DNA of 64,000 bases from Actinomycetes bacterium (GCA_014190015.1 BJFT01000002.1:4169-68168); one strand, 5' to 3'; positions 10,624-19,162 are shown, numbered from the stretch's first letter. The notes: generated from the letters alone by a model not told the origin. A program made the numbers and translations.

Positions 10624-13211
10624 TGTGCGGCTTCGTTCCAACTTGAACCTATTCCGATACTGACATCTAGTGGTGCCCTTAATTCAAAAGCACTTCCCAT
10701 TCCTTTTCGTACAACTTGCGTAAGAACTTCTACTTCCCCTGGTGCAACTTCAAAGATCAATTCGTCATGAACCTGTAGCAGTAATTGGGATTTCATCTTC
10801 TTTTCATTCATTAAAGAAGAAACATTGAGCATCGCTTTTTTTATAATGTCAGCTGCTGATCCTTGAATTGGCGCATTGAGCGCCATGCGTTCTGCTATTT
10901 CGCGGCGCGGTCGGTTATCGCTACTGAGATCGGGCAAATAACGTCTGCGTCCCATAACTGTTTGCGTGTATCCAACTTTACGTGCTTGCTCAACAACATC
11001 ACTTAGATAATCACGGATTCCACCGAAGCGAATAAAATATTTATTCATCAAATCTTGTGCAGCACTGGCGGATAAATCTAATTGTGCGGCTAAACCGTAA
11101 GCGCTTAATCCATAAGCTAAGCCATAAGACATTGCCTTCATCTGGCGTCTCATCTCTGGGTCTACCTCACTTGGTTTTACTCCGAAAACCAATCCAGCCA
11201 CACTTGCGTGTAAATCCTCGCCAGATTCGAAAGCTTTAAGCAACGCGGCATCATTAGATAAGTGAGCCATTATTCGCATCTCAATCTGACTGTAATCAGC
11301 TGTCAGTAAAGACTCATAACCAGGACCTGCAACAAAGCATTCACGGATTTGTCTTCCCTCTTTTGTGCGCACTGGAATGTTTTGCAGATTTGGACCGACC
11401 GAAGATAGTCGGCCAGTGGCTGCAACTGTCTGAGCAAAGTGAGTGTGAATACGGTTAGCTTGTGTCGTTTCTGCGAGCAATCCTTCCACTGTTGCGCCTA
11501 ATTTTTTAGTTTCACGAACACGCAACATCGCGGCCAATACAGGATGTTTAGATTTTTCAAATAACCAATTAAGGGCGTCGGCATCCGTTGTATATCCAGT
11601 TTTAATCTTCTTGGTTTTCGGCAGTTTTAGTTCGTCAAATAGAACAACTTGCAACTGCTTAGGTGAGGCTAGGTTGAATTCATGACCAACGGCTTCATGC
11701 GCAATCTTTGTCTGAACCGCACTCTCCTTTTCGAAAAACACAGCTAAAGATTCCAGCTTCTTTCTATGTACAGCTATGCCCCTGCTCTCCATAGCCGCCA
11801 ATAATTCGGAGATCGGCATTTCGAGTTCATTAAACAGACTCTCTAATTCTCGCTCTTTGAGTTCTTTCGAAAGAGAATCTCGTAAAGTAAATAACAATCG
11901 GGCGTGCGAATGTAAAGCGGCTTCTGGAGAACCTTGATCAATTTGTGTTCCATCGCCCCATCGTTCGATGATGTCGGTGAAATCTAGACTGCGAGTACCT
12001 GGATTAAGCAGATAAGCAGCAAGGTTGGTATCAAATGAGATGCTCGTCAACGGATAGTTTCGAGCCACGGATTTGGCGTCATGTGCGATTTTGGAAACTT
12101 TTGCATCTGTCGCCCATGAGCCCATCTGACTTGAGTGGACTATAAAAGAGTCTTGGCGATTTAGCGCAACGCAGTAGCGGTGCATCTTTTCTTCAACGAC
12201 TTCAAAAGCTATTGCAATTTCTCCTGTGTGTTCGCAGATTCTCTTGGTTGCTTCTTCGGGTGTGAGGATTGAAGAATCAAATGGAGTTTCAAATAGTGTG
12301 TCTGCTGATGGAGTTGATTTAGATTTTTCTGGAGATTTCTTTAGAAGCGGAGCTAAACGCTCCTTGAGAGTTCTAAACTCCAATTTTTCAAAGAGTGGAG
12401 TGACGAGCTCTTCATTAGGGCCACTCCAAAGCAGCGCATCGATTTGAAAATCCATAGGTGCATCATGAACAAGTTGAGTCAGTTCACGATTGCGAATGAC
12501 ATTATCGATGTTATCCCTCAGGGATTGACCGACCTTGCCACCCAAAGTATCTACATTTGAAAGCAAATTTTTCAGTGAGCCAAAATCAACAATCCACTTT
12601 GCTGCAGTTTTTTCACCAACACCTGGTACCGATGGCAAATTATCGCTGGGGTCTCCTCGCAAGGCTGCGAAGTCTGGGTATTGTTCGGCGCTCATTCCGT
12701 ATTTGGTAATAACCGCTTCCGGTGTCATTCGAGACATCTCGCTCACACCACGTTTTGGATACAGAATTGTTGTTTGATCATTTACTAATTGAAAACTATC
12801 CCTATCCCCTGTGCAGATAAGAACTTCACACTTTTCTTTCTCTGCTCGCTTTGTAATCGTTGCGATAATGTCATCGGCTTCATAGCCTTCAATTTCAAAT
12901 TGCTGGATTCCAAACGCGCTTACGAGTTCGTGCAGATAACTCATCTGAGAGCGAAACTCATCCGGTGTCTTTGATCTATTGGCTTTATATTCGGGAAAGA
13001 TCTCAGTTCTAAAGGTTTTCCGGGAAACATCGAAAGCGACAGCAATGTGAGTTGGTTTCTCTTCTTTGATAAGTGAAATCAACATCGTGGCAAAACCATA
13101 AATTGCGTTCGTATGTTGGCCTTGGGCTGTCGTGAAATTCTCAGCGGGCAGAGCAAAAAATGCTCGATACGCCATGGAGTGACCATCGATTAAAAGCAGG
13201 CGTTTGGTCAT
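10620..13211 (-). CDS. polA: DNA polymerase I
   Basis: 5' nuclease domain (LIDGHSMAYRAF, YEADD, GDRD), polymerase motifs (DYSQIEMR, YGLAYG, HDEL); the 3'-5' exonuclease domain looks degenerate. Confidence 0.99.
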   Translation of the reverse strand: MTKRLLLIDGHSMAYRAFFALPAENFTTAQGQHTNAIYGFATMLISLIKEEKPTHIAVAFDVSRKTFRTEIFPEYKANRSKTPDEFRSQMSYLHELVSAFGIQQFEIEGYEADDIIATITKRAEKEKCEVLICTGDRDSFQLVNDQTTILYPKRGVSEMSRMTPEAVITKYGMSAEQYPDFAALRGDPSDNLPSVPGVGEKTAAKWIVDFGSLKNLLSNVDTLGGKVGQSLRDNIDNVIRNRELTQLVHDAPMDFQIDALLWSGPNEELVTPLFEKLEFRTLKERLAPLLKKSPEKSKSTPSADTLFETPFDSSILTPEEATKRICEHTGEIAIAFEVVEEKMHRYCVALNRQDSFIVHSSQMGSWATDAKVSKIAHDAKSVARNYPLTSISFDTNLAAYLLNPGTRSLDFTDIIERWGDGTQIDQGSPEAALHSHARLLFTLRDSLSKELKERELESLFNELEMPISELLAAMESRGIAVHRKKLESLAVFFEKESAVQTKIAHEAVGHEFNLASPKQLQVVLFDELKLPKTKKIKTGYTTDADALNWLFEKSKHPVLAAMLRVRETKKLGATVEGLLAETTQANRIHTHFAQTVAATGRLSSVGPNLQNIPVRTKEGRQIRECFVAGPGYESLLTADYSQIEMRIMAHLSNDAALLKAFESGEDLHASVAGLVFGVKPSEVDPEMRRQMKAMSYGLAYGLSAYGLAAQLDLSASAAQDLMNKYFIRFGGIRDYLSDVVEQARKVGYTQTVMGRRRYLPDLSSDNRPRREIAERMALNAPIQGSAADIIKKAMLNVSSLMNEKKMKSQLLLQVHDELIFEVAPGEVEVLTQVVRKGMGSAFELRAPLDVSIGIGSSWNEAAH

Positions 13212-13217
13212 GCCCGC

Positions 13218-13223
13218 ATCCTA
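13218..13223 (-). promoter_or_regulatory. Putative -10 box (TAGGAT), leaderless polA
   Basis: TANNNT 6 nt upstream of ATG 13211. Confidence 0.7.
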
Positions 13224-13233
13224 TGAGGCAAGT

Positions 13234-13239
13234 TAGACT
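13234..13239 (+). promoter_or_regulatory. Putative -10 box (TAGACT), leaderless thioesterase gene
   Basis: TANNNT 7 nt upstream of ATG 13247. Confidence 0.7.
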
Positions 13240-13246
13240 TCGACCC

Positions 13247-13657
13247 ATGGAACAAGCAGACTTTCTAGCATTAATCCGCGAACGTGGCAGTGGTGCACTC
13301 GATAAGAAAATGGGAATCGAGATTATCGAAGCATCCCCCGAGCGCCTTGTAGCAACAATGCCCGTTGAAGGAAATACACAACCAATTGGTTTGTTACACG
13401 GCGGCGCCAATGTTGTATTGGCAGAAAGTCTTGGTTCAGTTGGCACTCAGTTACATGCTGGGCCAACGCGCAGAATCGTTGGCGTTGACATCAATGCAAC
13501 ACATCATAAATCTGCAACCAAGGGAATTGTTACTGGCGTTGCCACAGCAGTTTCATTAGGCAAGACAATGTGCTGCTATGACATTGTGATTACAAATGAT
13601 GAAGGACAACGCACATGCACGGCTCGAATCACTTGTTTAATTCTTGCCGAGCGATAA
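13247..13657 (+). CDS. Hotdog-fold PaaI-family acyl-CoA thioesterase
   Basis: NTQPIGLLHGGANVVLAESLGS and VGVDINATH motifs. Start moved from 13160 to ATG 13247, which removes the polA overlap and fits the -10 box. Confidence 0.88.
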   Translation: MEQADFLALIRERGSGALDKKMGIEIIEASPERLVATMPVEGNTQPIGLLHGGANVVLAESLGSVGTQLHAGPTRRIVGVDINATHHKSATKGIVTGVATAVSLGKTMCCYDIVITNDEGQRTCTARITCLILAER

Positions 13658-13667
13658 AACTTAAGAG

Positions 13668-14387
13668 TTAGTGTGCGCCTGTTCCGAGATATGCCGCGCG
13701 AACAGCAGGATCGTTGAGTAAGTCTGAAGCCTTTGCTTCCTTAACAACATGGCCAACCTCTAGAACGTAGGCACGTTGGGCACGTTGTAGCGCCTGCTGA
13801 GCATTTTGTTCTACAAGGAGAATGGTTACACCTGTCTTATTGATTTCAGTGATGATGTTAAAGATATTGGCAATCATCAATGGAGCAAGACCCATTGAAG
13901 GTTCATCAAGCAACAAAACTTTAGGACGTGCCATGAGGGCTCGACCAATTGCAAGCATTTGTTGCTCTCCGCCTGAAAGCGTTCCGCCAACTTGCGAGAT
14001 ACGTTCCTTTAAGCGTGGGAATAAGTGGAATACTTTTTCTAGATCCTCACTCATTTCAGATCTACGACCTTTACGGTTGTACTTACCCATCTCAAGGTTT
14101 TCCAAGACGCTCATGCCAATAAAAATTCCACGACCTTCTGGTGCTTGAGCTAAACCTAAATCAGCACGCTTATGTGCAGGCATCTTCGAGATATCTTCAC
14201 CATTGAAGATAATCTGGCCACTAGATACAGGACGAAGACCTGAAATAGTTTTGAGCATCGTGGTTTTTCCAGCACCGTTTGCACCAATTAAGGTGACAAT
14301 CTCGCCTTCATTAACCGTGACGCTAATGCCTTTAATCGCTTCGATCTTGCCGTAGTGAACGTGTAGATCTTTAATTTCAAGACGCAT
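13668..14387 (-). CDS. livF: Branched-chain amino acid (HAAT) ABC transporter ATP-binding protein
   Basis: GANGAGKT, LSGGEQQMLAIGRALM, LLDEPSMGLAP, VEQN. Confidence 0.95.
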   Translation of the reverse strand: MRLEIKDLHVHYGKIEAIKGISVTVNEGEIVTLIGANGAGKTTMLKTISGLRPVSSGQIIFNGEDISKMPAHKRADLGLAQAPEGRGIFIGMSVLENLEMGKYNRKGRRSEMSEDLEKVFHLFPRLKERISQVGGTLSGGEQQMLAIGRALMARPKVLLLDEPSMGLAPLMIANIFNIITEINKTGVTILLVEQNAQQALQRAQRAYVLEVGHVVKEAKASDLLNDPAVRAAYLGTGAH

Positions 14388-15153
14388 CAGCAGGTGCTCC
14401 TAAATACGCTTCGATAACACGAGGGTCATTTTGAACAACTTTTGGAACATCATCAGCGATCTTCTGACCGAAGTCCAAAACTGCAACACGATCTGAAATA
14501 TCCATAATGAGTGACATGTCGTGCTCAATGAGCAGAACTGTGTACCCAGCATCTCTAATTTTACGAATAGTTGCTGCAAGAGCTACTTTTTCTGCTGGGT
14601 TAAATCCTGCAGCAGGTTCGTCGAGTAGCAATAGCTGTGGATTAGTTGCTAACGCACGAGCTATTTCAAGACGACGCTGATCACCGTATGGCAAGTTCTT
14701 ACCGAGTTGTCCTGCGCGATGCTTAAGTCCCATGAATTCTAGAAGTTCCATGCCACGTTCAACGGCAGCAGCTTCTTCACGACGCGAACGCGGTGTTCCA
14801 AAGATTGCTCCGACAACGCCGGACTTGGAATGGACATCTGCTCCGGTAACTACATTTTCGAGGGCAGTGCTCTCTCCAAAGAGGCGAATGTTCTGAAATG
14901 TTCGAGCGATGCCCATCTTGGTTACTTGATAACGCTTCCTGCCAATCAAAGATTGAGCATTGAAGTTAACTTCACCAGATGTAGGTTTGTAGACGCCAGT
15001 GACAACGTTAAAAACAGTTGTCTTGCCCGCACCATTTGGACCGATGAGTGCAGCAATTTCACCTTTATTAACATGAAGATTTACTTCATTAAGGGCAGTA
15101 ACTCCACCAAATTTCATGGTGACATTTTTGAGTTCGAGCAATTTTTCAGTCAT
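14377..15153 (-). CDS. livG: HAAT ABC transporter ATP-binding protein
   Basis: GPNGAGKT, RTFQNIRLF, LPYGDQRRLEIARAL, DEPAAG, C-terminal VIEAYLG. Confidence 0.95.
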   Translation of the reverse strand: MTEKLLELKNVTMKFGGVTALNEVNLHVNKGEIAALIGPNGAGKTTVFNVVTGVYKPTSGEVNFNAQSLIGRKRYQVTKMGIARTFQNIRLFGESTALENVVTGADVHSKSGVVGAIFGTPRSRREEAAAVERGMELLEFMGLKHRAGQLGKNLPYGDQRRLEIARALATNPQLLLLDEPAAGFNPAEKVALAATIRKIRDAGYTVLLIEHDMSLIMDISDRVAVLDFGQKIADDVPKVVQNDPRVIEAYLGAPADAS

Positions 15154-16217
15154 TACTTGATCTCTCCTTCACCAGATTCTTCAACAGTTTTCCAATTTGG
15201 ATCAAAGTGTTCACGCTTTTTCTTAGGCAAAATTCCATCTGGGCGTAGATTCATCATCACAACGAGTGCGATACCGAATACCAAAATACGTGGTTGGCTT
15301 AAGAATCGAATACGTTCTGGAGTAAATGCTAGAAGCGCCGCTCCAAGGATTACGCCCCAAAGATTTCCGATTCCACCGAAAACAACGCACGCCAAAATTA
15401 GAATCGATACGTTGAGATTAAACTGATCTGGAACGATCGAAAGAATTTGTGACGCGTAAAGAACTCCGCCTGCACCAGCAACAGCTGCTCCGAGTACGAA
15501 GGCCCACACTTTGTACTTCAATGTGTTAACACCCATTAATTGAGCTACGTCATCGTCTTGGCGAATTGCATCCCAGGCACGACCTGGACGGCGAGCTGCC
15601 ATGCGGCGAACCATCCAAATAATTAAGAGGGTGAATGTGAGAAGTACCCAGTAGTAAGGCTTTGGATCCAAAATTGTAAATTTCGCTTTGAATAGATCTG
15701 GCGGAGTTGGAATTCCAGCGATACCGCGAGGCCCACCGATAGCTTCAATATTTACAGCAACGATACGAACAATTTCGCCGAAACCAAGTGTCACGATGGC
15801 TAGGTAATCTCCGCGAAGACGAAGTGTTGGGGTTCCGAGTAAAACACCTGAAACCATTGCGAGTGCGATTCCAATTGGAAGAATCTCCCAGAAATTCAAT
15901 GAAGTATGTGTTCCTAGAATCGCCATGGTGTAGGCGCCGATTGCAAAGAATGCAACGTACCCAAGATCAAGAAGTCCACTCTTACCGACAACAATATTTA
16001 AGCCAATAGCCATCAATACATACATGCCTACGGGATAGAAAAGTACTGATTGGAAATCGGAACCAGGTGTATTAATCAGTGGGTTATTCAGAAATGGAAG
16101 TGCATAAAAGAATGCGATAAAACTGATTGAAAGGGAAACTCTTCGCCATTTAGGAGAACGCTCCCAGTAATCTGCCGCATGATCGCGAAGGTTGTATCGG
16201 AACTTCTTGTCAGCCAT
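15153..16217 (-). CDS. livM: HAAT ABC transporter permease
   Basis: GLNIVVGKSGLLDLGYVAFFAIGAY, LRLRGDYLAIVTLGFGEI. Confidence 0.95.
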   Translation of the reverse strand: MADKKFRYNLRDHAADYWERSPKWRRVSLSISFIAFFYALPFLNNPLINTPGSDFQSVLFYPVGMYVLMAIGLNIVVGKSGLLDLGYVAFFAIGAYTMAILGTHTSLNFWEILPIGIALAMVSGVLLGTPTLRLRGDYLAIVTLGFGEIVRIVAVNIEAIGGPRGIAGIPTPPDLFKAKFTILDPKPYYWVLLTFTLLIIWMVRRMAARRPGRAWDAIRQDDDVAQLMGVNTLKYKVWAFVLGAAVAGAGGVLYASQILSIVPDQFNLNVSILILACVVFGGIGNLWGVILGAALLAFTPERIRFLSQPRILVFGIALVVMMNLRPDGILPKKKREHFDPNWKTVEESGEGEIK

Positions 16218-17167
16218 TAGACCCTCGCCTGCTGGATTGATTCACCGAAGAGCCCCGTGGGTTTAATCAGCAATACCAATACCAAGATTAAGAATGAAAT
16301 AACTGCCTTCCAAGCTGTTCCGAAGACGGCGCTTGTATAAGTTTCTAAAATTCCTAGTACAAAGCCGCCGAAGAGCGCTCCCTTAAGATTTCCGATTCCG
16401 CCAAGAACGGCAGCTGTAAAAGCGCTGATGCCTAAGAAGAATCCAACCTTAAATGATGTGTTCTCGTAAACAAGAATGTAGAAAAATGCTGCGGCACCAG
16501 CCATCATTCCACCTGCTAAAAATGTCACAGTGATTACCTTATTGATGTTGACGCCCATCAGAGTTGATGTGCTCTCATCCATGGATACTGCGCGGATACC
16601 TTTTCCATAACGGGACTTAGTGATAAAGCGCTCGAGTGCGAACATCATTAAACCAGCGGCAATAATGACAATTACTTTGTCGTTTCGAATATCAGCACCC
16701 GCGTATGAAAATAAGAAAGTCTTATCCATAATGCGTGGAAATTCGCGAGGTAAAGAGTCAGTAATGATGCGGAAGAGTTCGACGAGCGAAATAGAGACGC
16801 CAATTGCCGAAATGAGCGTTGCAAGCTTGGTCGCACCGCGCTGGCGTAATCGACGGTAGGCAATAATTTCAACCAGAACTGCAGTGATGCCCGAAGCCAA
16901 CATTGCAGCGATCAAACAAATGAGAAGTGTGAAAACCATTCCCCAGCCTGTGCGTGGGTCATCTTCAATTTTTACGCCCATGATTCCAGATGCAACAAGG
17001 GCGGAAAATGTACCGATCATAAATACTTCAGAGTGAGCAAAGTTAATGAGGCGAAGTACGCCGTAAACAAGTGTGTAACCCAGTGAGATCAGAGCATAAA
17101 TCGCACCAAGTGCTAAACCATCAAATGTTAGCCCCCAGAACGCATCACGCAGGAGTGCAAAATCCAT
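16217..17167 (-). CDS. livH: HAAT ABC transporter permease
   Basis: GAIYALISLGYTLVYGVLRLINFAHSEVFM, AAVLGGIG. Confidence 0.95.
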   Translation of the reverse strand: MDFALLRDAFWGLTFDGLALGAIYALISLGYTLVYGVLRLINFAHSEVFMIGTFSALVASGIMGVKIEDDPRTGWGMVFTLLICLIAAMLASGITAVLVEIIAYRRLRQRGATKLATLISAIGVSISLVELFRIITDSLPREFPRIMDKTFLFSYAGADIRNDKVIVIIAAGLMMFALERFITKSRYGKGIRAVSMDESTSTLMGVNINKVITVTFLAGGMMAGAAAFFYILVYENTSFKVGFFLGISAFTAAVLGGIGNLKGALFGGFVLGILETYTSAVFGTAWKAVISFLILVLVLLIKPTGLFGESIQQARV

Positions 17168-17188
17168 TTCTCACCCAATTCTTATAAG

Positions 17189-17222
17189 AGTCGGAGTCGG
17201 TGATTGCTCACCGACTCCGACT
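17189..17222 (-). terminator. Perfect 15-bp stem with GCAA (GNRA) loop between livK and livH; partial terminator or mRNA-stabilising hairpin
   Basis: Minus strand AGTCGGAGTCGGTGA-GCAA-TCACCGACTCCGACT; only a weak U-tract follows. Confidence 0.8.
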
Positions 17223-17252
17223 GATCTTACAGATGAACTATTGCCTTACTAG

Positions 17253-18374
17253 TTACTTGATAGCACCTAGAAGAACAAGTTTTCCGTTCTTAACGATGAA
17301 GCCATTTACGTCAGCTCCAGATACTTCTCCTTCAGCATCAAACTTAAGTGTCTTTGATAGACCCTTGTGTGACTTTGTAGAGACGTACTTGTTAATTGAT
17401 GCGCGAGTTGTATTTCCAGCCTTGATTGCATCAAGGAAGAAGTTTGCTGCGTCATATGACTCTGTTGTGTAAACGCCAGGCTTCCAGCCAGCCTTCACCA
17501 TTTCAGCAGCAAGCTTTGGAGATGCTGTTTCCATTGGGATAGCTGGAGCAGTTAGAAGAGCGCCTTCAGCTGCCTTACGAGCCAACTTGATGAATTGATC
17601 ATCAAGTGTTCCGTCGCCAGATGCGAAAGTGATCTTTGAACCTGAGTCACGGAGCTGCTTTACGAATACAGCAGCTTGTGAGAAGTAACCTGAGTAGAAC
17701 ACAGCAGTTGCCTTTGATTTCTTGATCTTGGCAATTGTTGCTGTGAAGTCAGTTGTACCTGTTGGTGTTACATCCTTACCGACAACGCGGCCAGCAAGTG
17801 TGATGTCAACAGTCTTTTGTAGACCAACTGCATAGTCAGATGCGTCGTTAACCAAGAACACCTTTGCGTTCTTGTTCTTTGACACGATTAGACGTGCTGC
17901 TGCTGGACCCTGGTAATCATCTGTCAACACCGCGCGGTGGAAGATTTCCTTACCAAAAGATGGAAGTGTTGGGTTTGTAGCAGATGGTGTAATGATTGAA
18001 AGTCCTGCTGATAGGTAAACAGGTAGTGAAACCTTTGATGCACCTGAATAAGCTGGACCAACAAGTGCAACTACACACTCTTCTGCTGCAACCTTAGGAG
18101 CAATTGGACCAGCAACTGCTGGATCTCCTTGGTCATCAACTTCGTAAACTGTTGGGTCTACGTTTGCACCCTTGTTAGCTGCTAGGAACTTCTTAAGTGC
18201 AAACTTCACACCATTAAGTTCGTTGATACCTAGTGCAGCTTCAGGTCCTGTTAGTGGACCTTGGTATGCAATCTTTAGCTTGCCAGAGCACGCTGCATTA
18301 GCTGCTGGTGCAACAGCAACAGCTGTTCCAACAACGAGTGCAACAGTTGCAATAGCGGAGATGATCTTCTTCAT
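17253..18374 (-). CDS. HAAT ABC transporter substrate-binding protein (LivJ/LivK family)
   Basis: Signal peptide MKKIISAIATVALVVG...AANA, KIAYQGPLTG, DDQGDP, ITPSATNP. Start moved to ATG 18374, preceded by SD AGGAAAGG. Confidence 0.93.
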   Translation of the reverse strand: MKKIISAIATVALVVGTAVAVAPAANAACSGKLKIAYQGPLTGPEAALGINELNGVKFALKKFLAANKGANVDPTVYEVDDQGDPAVAGPIAPKVAAEECVVALVGPAYSGASKVSLPVYLSAGLSIITPSATNPTLPSFGKEIFHRAVLTDDYQGPAAARLIVSKNKNAKVFLVNDASDYAVGLQKTVDITLAGRVVGKDVTPTGTTDFTATIAKIKKSKATAVFYSGYFSQAAVFVKQLRDSGSKITFASGDGTLDDQFIKLARKAAEGALLTAPAIPMETASPKLAAEMVKAGWKPGVYTTESYDAANFFLDAIKAGNTTRASINKYVSTKSHKGLSKTLKFDAEGEVSGADVNGFIVKNGKLVLLGAIK

Positions 18375-18418
18375 GTATTGCCTTTCCTGTTCTTGTGTCC
18401 CGGGACAGGGAGATGGAA

Positions 18419-18448
18419 AGGGTAACGGCAAAGGGCGCATTCGGACAA
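18419..18448 (-). promoter_or_regulatory. Putative promoter of the liv operon: TTGTCC-N18-TACCCT
   Basis: -35 at 18448-18443 and -10 at 18424-18419; same -10 and spacing as rpsA. Confidence 0.65.
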
Positions 18449-18492
18449 GGCGAAAGTGAGCGTGAATACTCGCCACCAGAAAGTTTTAAGGC

Positions 18493-19074
18493 TTATTTCC
18501 CATCAGGAACGGCACTAGGTGAAATGACTGCCTCGGCCACTGCCTTCATACTGAGGCGTCGGTCCATGGCAGCTCTTTGGATCCAGGAGAAGGCCTCGGG
18601 CTCTGAAAGATTAAGGGCTTGCATCAGAATACCTTTAGCTTTATCAACTAACTTTCTAGTTTCCAAACGTTCGTGTAAATCCGCAACTTCATCAGCGAGT
18701 GATTTCATCTGAGTGTGTCGACTGATTGCAATTTCAATTGATGGAATCAAATCGTTGATGGTAAATGGTTTAACAACGTAAGCCATTACTCCAGCATCTC
18801 GCGCACGGTCAACGAGCTCCTTTTGGCTAAAGGCTGTAAGCATTAGGACCGGGGCAATAGAAATTATTTCTTCTGCTGCAGAAATTCCATCGAGTACAGG
18901 CATCTTCACATCAAGAATTGCTAAATCTGGTTTGTGCTCTTTTGCTAATTCAATTGCTTCTGCCCCGTTAGTTGCTTGCGCAACAACTTCATAACCAGAT
19001 TCAGTGAGCATCTCAATTAAATCCATACGAATGAGTGCTTCATCTTCTGCAACCAAAATTCGTATTGTGCTCAT
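18493..19074 (-). CDS. pdtaR: ANTAR-domain response regulator (PdtaR/Rv1626-like)
   Basis: Receiver domain (LVAEDE, ILDVKMP, LTA, YVVKP) plus ANTAR (LETRKLVDKAKGILM...EAFSWIQRAAMDRR). Confidence 0.9.
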   Translation of the reverse strand: MSTIRILVAEDEALIRMDLIEMLTESGYEVVAQATNGAEAIELAKEHKPDLAILDVKMPVLDGISAAEEIISIAPVLMLTAFSQKELVDRARDAGVMAYVVKPFTINDLIPSIEIAISRHTQMKSLADEVADLHERLETRKLVDKAKGILMQALNLSEPEAFSWIQRAAMDRRLSMKAVAEAVISPSAVPDGK

Positions 19075-19075
19075 G

Positions 19076-19148
19076 TGCCCCGAGTCGGATTCGAACCGAC
19101 ACTATGCAGTGTTTGAGACTGCCCTCTCTACCGTTGGAGTACCGAGGC
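19076..19148 (-). tRNA. tRNA-Leu(CAA), CCA not encoded, short variable loop
   Basis: Cloverleaf: acceptor GCCTCGG/TCGGGGC, discriminator A, D arm CTC/GAG, anticodon stem GCAGT/ACTGC with loop CTCAAAC, T arm GTCGG-TTCGAAT-CCGAC. Confidence 0.93.
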
Positions 19149-19156
19149 GCGGTGAA

Positions 19157-19162
19157 AGTCTA
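19157..19162 (-). promoter_or_regulatory. Putative -10 box (TAGACT) for the tRNA-Leu/pdtaR transcript
   Basis: TANNNT 8 nt upstream of the mature tRNA 5' end. Confidence 0.6.

Noticed and set aside
14830-15426. 198-aa plus-strand ORF, and similar long antisense or alternate-frame ORFs (19927-20511, 20849-21346, 45129-45692, 58975-59529, 4697-5173)
   Set aside because: All lie within well-conserved genes, have no recognisable motifs or initiation signals, and look like shadow ORFs.
18381-18421. Anti-SD CCTTTCC able to pair with the livK SD, suggesting a riboswitch
   Set aside because: The anti-SD overlaps the -10/discriminator and would be absent from the main transcript; it could matter only on read-through from pdtaR. 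No aptamer-like structure seen.
18375-18476. Pro-rich N-terminal extension or upstream in-frame ATG (18440) of livK as a leader peptide
   Set aside because: The region contains the -35/-10 promoter, so ATG 18440 lies upstream of the predicted start site; ATG 18374 has the SD and starts the signal peptide.
18375-18492. ANTAR dual-hairpin target downstream of pdtaR
   Set aside because: No pair of stems with hexaloops carrying the conserved A1/G4, and no terminator to antagonise.
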